From the NCBI GenBank assembly GCA_008632985.1, contig QPGO01000121.1:186001-250000 (forward strand): DNA of 64,000 bases, written 5' to 3'. Below, in pieces: positions 61,110-64,000 of the stretch. Both the position numbers and the translations under genes were made by a program. The notes under the pieces were generated by a model. It made no database searches and was not told the DNA's origin. It was given only the letters and a program-made list of their open reading frames with translations. The stretch's first letter is position 1. Every line of letters begins with the position of its first letter. This DNA comes from Psammoneis japonica. Taxonomy: Eukaryota.

Positions 61110-64000
61110 AGCCATCACGCGCCATGCACGAGTGATGTCATCGTGTGGAATCACGCTACCATCGTGGGCCAGACGACGGGCTAGTGTGCTTCACACGGAT
61201 GCTCTCTCAGCATCCTTCTGGAATTGCCTGAGACCTGGAGCCACGCCCTCCTGTGGTCGTGCTTCCCAGGTGTGTGTTGACAACACTGCGTTGCCACGCA
61301 CAAGAGGCTCATGCACGGTCTCACCGTGTTGTCCAGTGGCGAGGCACACTGCACACTCCCCCATGATCAGGGCCGTTGAGTGACAGAATGTCTCACTGGT
61401 GATGGGGTGCAATCTGCCGTAGATCACACGTGTCTGTCAGCGCTCCGTTCTGGACACGCAACGTGCCGTTGTCACACACACGGACAACTCTGGCGGGTCC
61501 TGCATGGCTGTCAGAACCGCACTTGGAGGATTGTTCCTGTTTGATGAGTGCCAATTGCCCCATGGCATGTTGATGCTCCTTGCGTTTCTGATTTTCACGC
61601 TTGTTGTTTAAGTGGACAAGCTTCTGCTTTCTGGTTTCTGTGTGCTTCCACTTGGCACGATGAGCAATGGACAAAACCGCATCGCGTCCGAAGACCAATT
61701 GCGCTGGACTTGCACGCGTGGTCGCATGTGCCGCAGCTCCAACAGCGAAGGCTGCTGCGGAGAGGATGCCACTCCATGGGTCATCTTCATCCAGTTCCAT
61801 GTCCTGCACTGAAAAGGAACGCACCATGTCACCAAGTGTCTGGCGCACACGTTCCACCATGGCATTTGCCTGTGGACTCCGTTTGCTTGTGGGTTTCTTC
61901 AAAATCCCACAGTCATTTTTAATCATCGGCTGAATTCTGCCATAAATTCTGTCCCACGGTCATAAACTGCCTGGGTTGGCCACGGATGTCTGCATGGCCA
62001 CGTTTGTTCCACGACGTTTGCTGCGACGTCTGCGCGTTTCGCAGACACTTCTTTAATCTTGAACCACCCGGTTGCTGGGTCAATCATTGTGACTGCCCAC
62101 AATTGCAAGGTGTCCTTTCCGCGTCTTTGAATTTTACATGGCCCTGTCACATCTGTGCATGGAGTCTCCCATGGAATTATCTCTGCGACCTTTTCTGGCA
62201 ACTTCCCATGATGCTGCGTTCGGCGTTTTGTCTTCTGGCATCGATCGCACTTGGCGCACGTAGAATGCACCGTAGACCTCACACTGGGCCAACAGAAGTG
62301 CTGGGCAATGGATGTTTCCGCACGTGTCTCACCTGGATGACACAGTGTCTCGTGGCACCATTCAGTCAGCGGAACCTGTGGTGCTGCGATTTTGTCCTTG
62401 TGACAGATTAACTGTCGTGATGACCCTCCCCCATGATGCGCACGAATGGAGCAGTCAGACGAGTCCTTGGCTCTTGAGAGCAGGCGCTTGTCCTTTTGTT
62501 GTGCTTTTTGAATGCGCTTGAAGGTGCTGAATGAGCCTGCCACCGCGGTCCAGTTTGTCTCAGCCGTTGAATGGCTTCGCAGACGTTTGCAGCATCGACT
62601 GTCAAGCAGAGCACTGCTGGCGCCACCATCTGGCAGTGCCTCAATGGTTTGAGTCTTGCCCTTGCCATGTTTGGCATTCACAGCTGCAAACAAGATTGGA
62701 GTGAGATGAGTCTTTTTAACTCGTTTGCGGGATTGGCCTGCAACACGTGTACGATGGTAATCCAGTTGTTCATTTGTACATTCATCTGATGTGCCAAAAC
62801 TGCCTGTGTCGTGTCGGCCCCCTTCTCAGGCGTCCGAATCTTCGGAATCACTTGAGTTGAGGTCGCGGAAGTGATTGAGCTCCTCCTCGCGGGCCTTGCG
62901 CTTTTTCTGAGCGTTGGCAAAGAACTCCTTGACCTTCGATCCGACAAGAGCATCAATGTCTTCCTCATTCCGAGGTTTTGCATCAGGCTTGCCGCCTCTG
63001 TCATTGGAATGTCCAGTCTTGACACGTTTCACGTGGTGCTTGAGCTGACGGCAATCCTCCGTATGATGTCCACAGTTGATCCTGCGCAGCATGCACGACT
63101 TCTGGGTGTTCCGTTGGGTCGTGATCAACGACTCAGGATTGTCCGTTCTACGTCCCCGCTTACATGGAACCTTGGCATGTTGGTCCTGGTTGCCTTCGGC
63201 AAGCTCGACCTGCTCGATGCGCTCGCAGAACTGCACAAATTCGGCGACAGTGTGCGCCAACGGGTCAAAATTCTGTAGCGTCATGAACTTCTGCCATGCG
63301 TTCGGCACACCGCACTCGAACATGTCGCACAGTTCGTCATTGGGCAATGGTGCCGGTGTTTCTCCATCCTCCGTCACGGGTGGAAACTGAGAGATGTGGC
63401 CGTTAATTTCAACAGCCCTCGCGACGTAGTCACGAGCAGAAACCTCTGCGGGCTTGCGCATGAAGCGCCGCAGATGACGCTTCTGCAACAGTGCCGCCCT
63501 GTGTGGGAAGATACTTTCCTTTAGCTTCGCGATGCATGCTGCGCACGTGGCGTTGGTTTGGCATGCCTGCTTGTCAGCGGCATTGTCAAATGACGTCAGA
63601 GCATCGCCCTGTGGCAGGTCATGCACAAGGGCAAATTTTGCTGGCCCGGTCGTGATGTTTTGTCCTTCATGCGCGCGATCCACGTTGTGCAGAAAGATTG
63701 GGAGTGTCTCGCATGTAGCCGCAGAAAGGTGCGGGATGCCCATCTCGTGCGTTGGACTGTCCGGATCAGCGGGGTTGTCACGCAGCTTGAACGTCTGGCA
63801 CTCGCCCTGCTGCAGCTCTTTCTTCTCTGGCCGTGCGAACGGAATCGGCGGCTCAACCCGCTTCTTCATGGTCATTTTAAGACTGTTCGGTCCTGCCAAC
63901 ATTTCGTAGTTTCGTTTCTGTAGATTTCGTCACCTCGCACAACATGCGGGAGCAATGTCACTGTGCCCTGCGCATGCACCAGGCGCTGAAAAAGAAGATG
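61110..64000 (-). mobile_element. Ty3/Gypsy element C, internally deleted (gag, PR stub fused to IN; RT/RH missing), runs off window
   Basis: gag 62826-63902 (QKRHLRRFMRKP, FCERIE); PR ALPDGGASS; IN HETLCHPG…CDRCQK, VTMIDPATGWF, YDRGTEF, PQANAMVER; PPT-like ATGGGGGAG (minus) at ~61356-61364 before probable 3' LTR. Confidence 0.92.

Noticed and set aside
61393..63902. Alternative genetic code or ADAR-type RNA editing of retroelements
   Set aside because: Host genes use Tyr normally; changes are on both strands, differ between paired LTRs and also affect a non-retroelement gene duplicate.

Overview
Eukaryotic nuclear DNA, almost certainly from a diatom (short GT-AG introns, bipartite signal peptide + A-F/A-W plastid-targeting motifs, ferredoxin-nitrite reductase, diatom-type Copia/Gypsy elements). 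About 17 host genes (MFS transporter fragment, tubulin cofactor B, Yme2/RNA12-like ATPase with EF-hand, TTL-like ligase, AAA/TPR protein, bHLH-like/F-box protein, FG-GAP propeller protein, retinoblastoma-related protein, EHD-like ATPase, nitrite reductase, Ubc9, Mn/Fe-SOD, B-type cyclin, MBOAT acyltransferase, truncated AMP-binding protein, two unknowns) alternate with five blocks of decayed transposon/repeat DNA (~5.8-9.85, 19.55-21.9, 24.7-31.5, 52.6-60.2, 61.1-64.0 kb). The main signal is in those blocks: TpA dinucleotides have been almost erased by conversion to TpG/CpA on both strands, in addition to ordinary CpG decay. Internal controls in the window support direction (a duplicated piece of the RBR last exon), post-insertion timing (paired LTRs with reciprocal CA/TG mismatches), context preference (surviving TA sits almost only in TTA/TAA) and order (a younger Gypsy has lost TA but kept CG). 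This looks like a repeat-targeted A:T->G:C hypermutation system, opposite in direction to fungal RIP. I know of no description of it but cannot run a literature search. All counts are by eye. Several host genes carry single-base frameshifts that are probably assembly indels.
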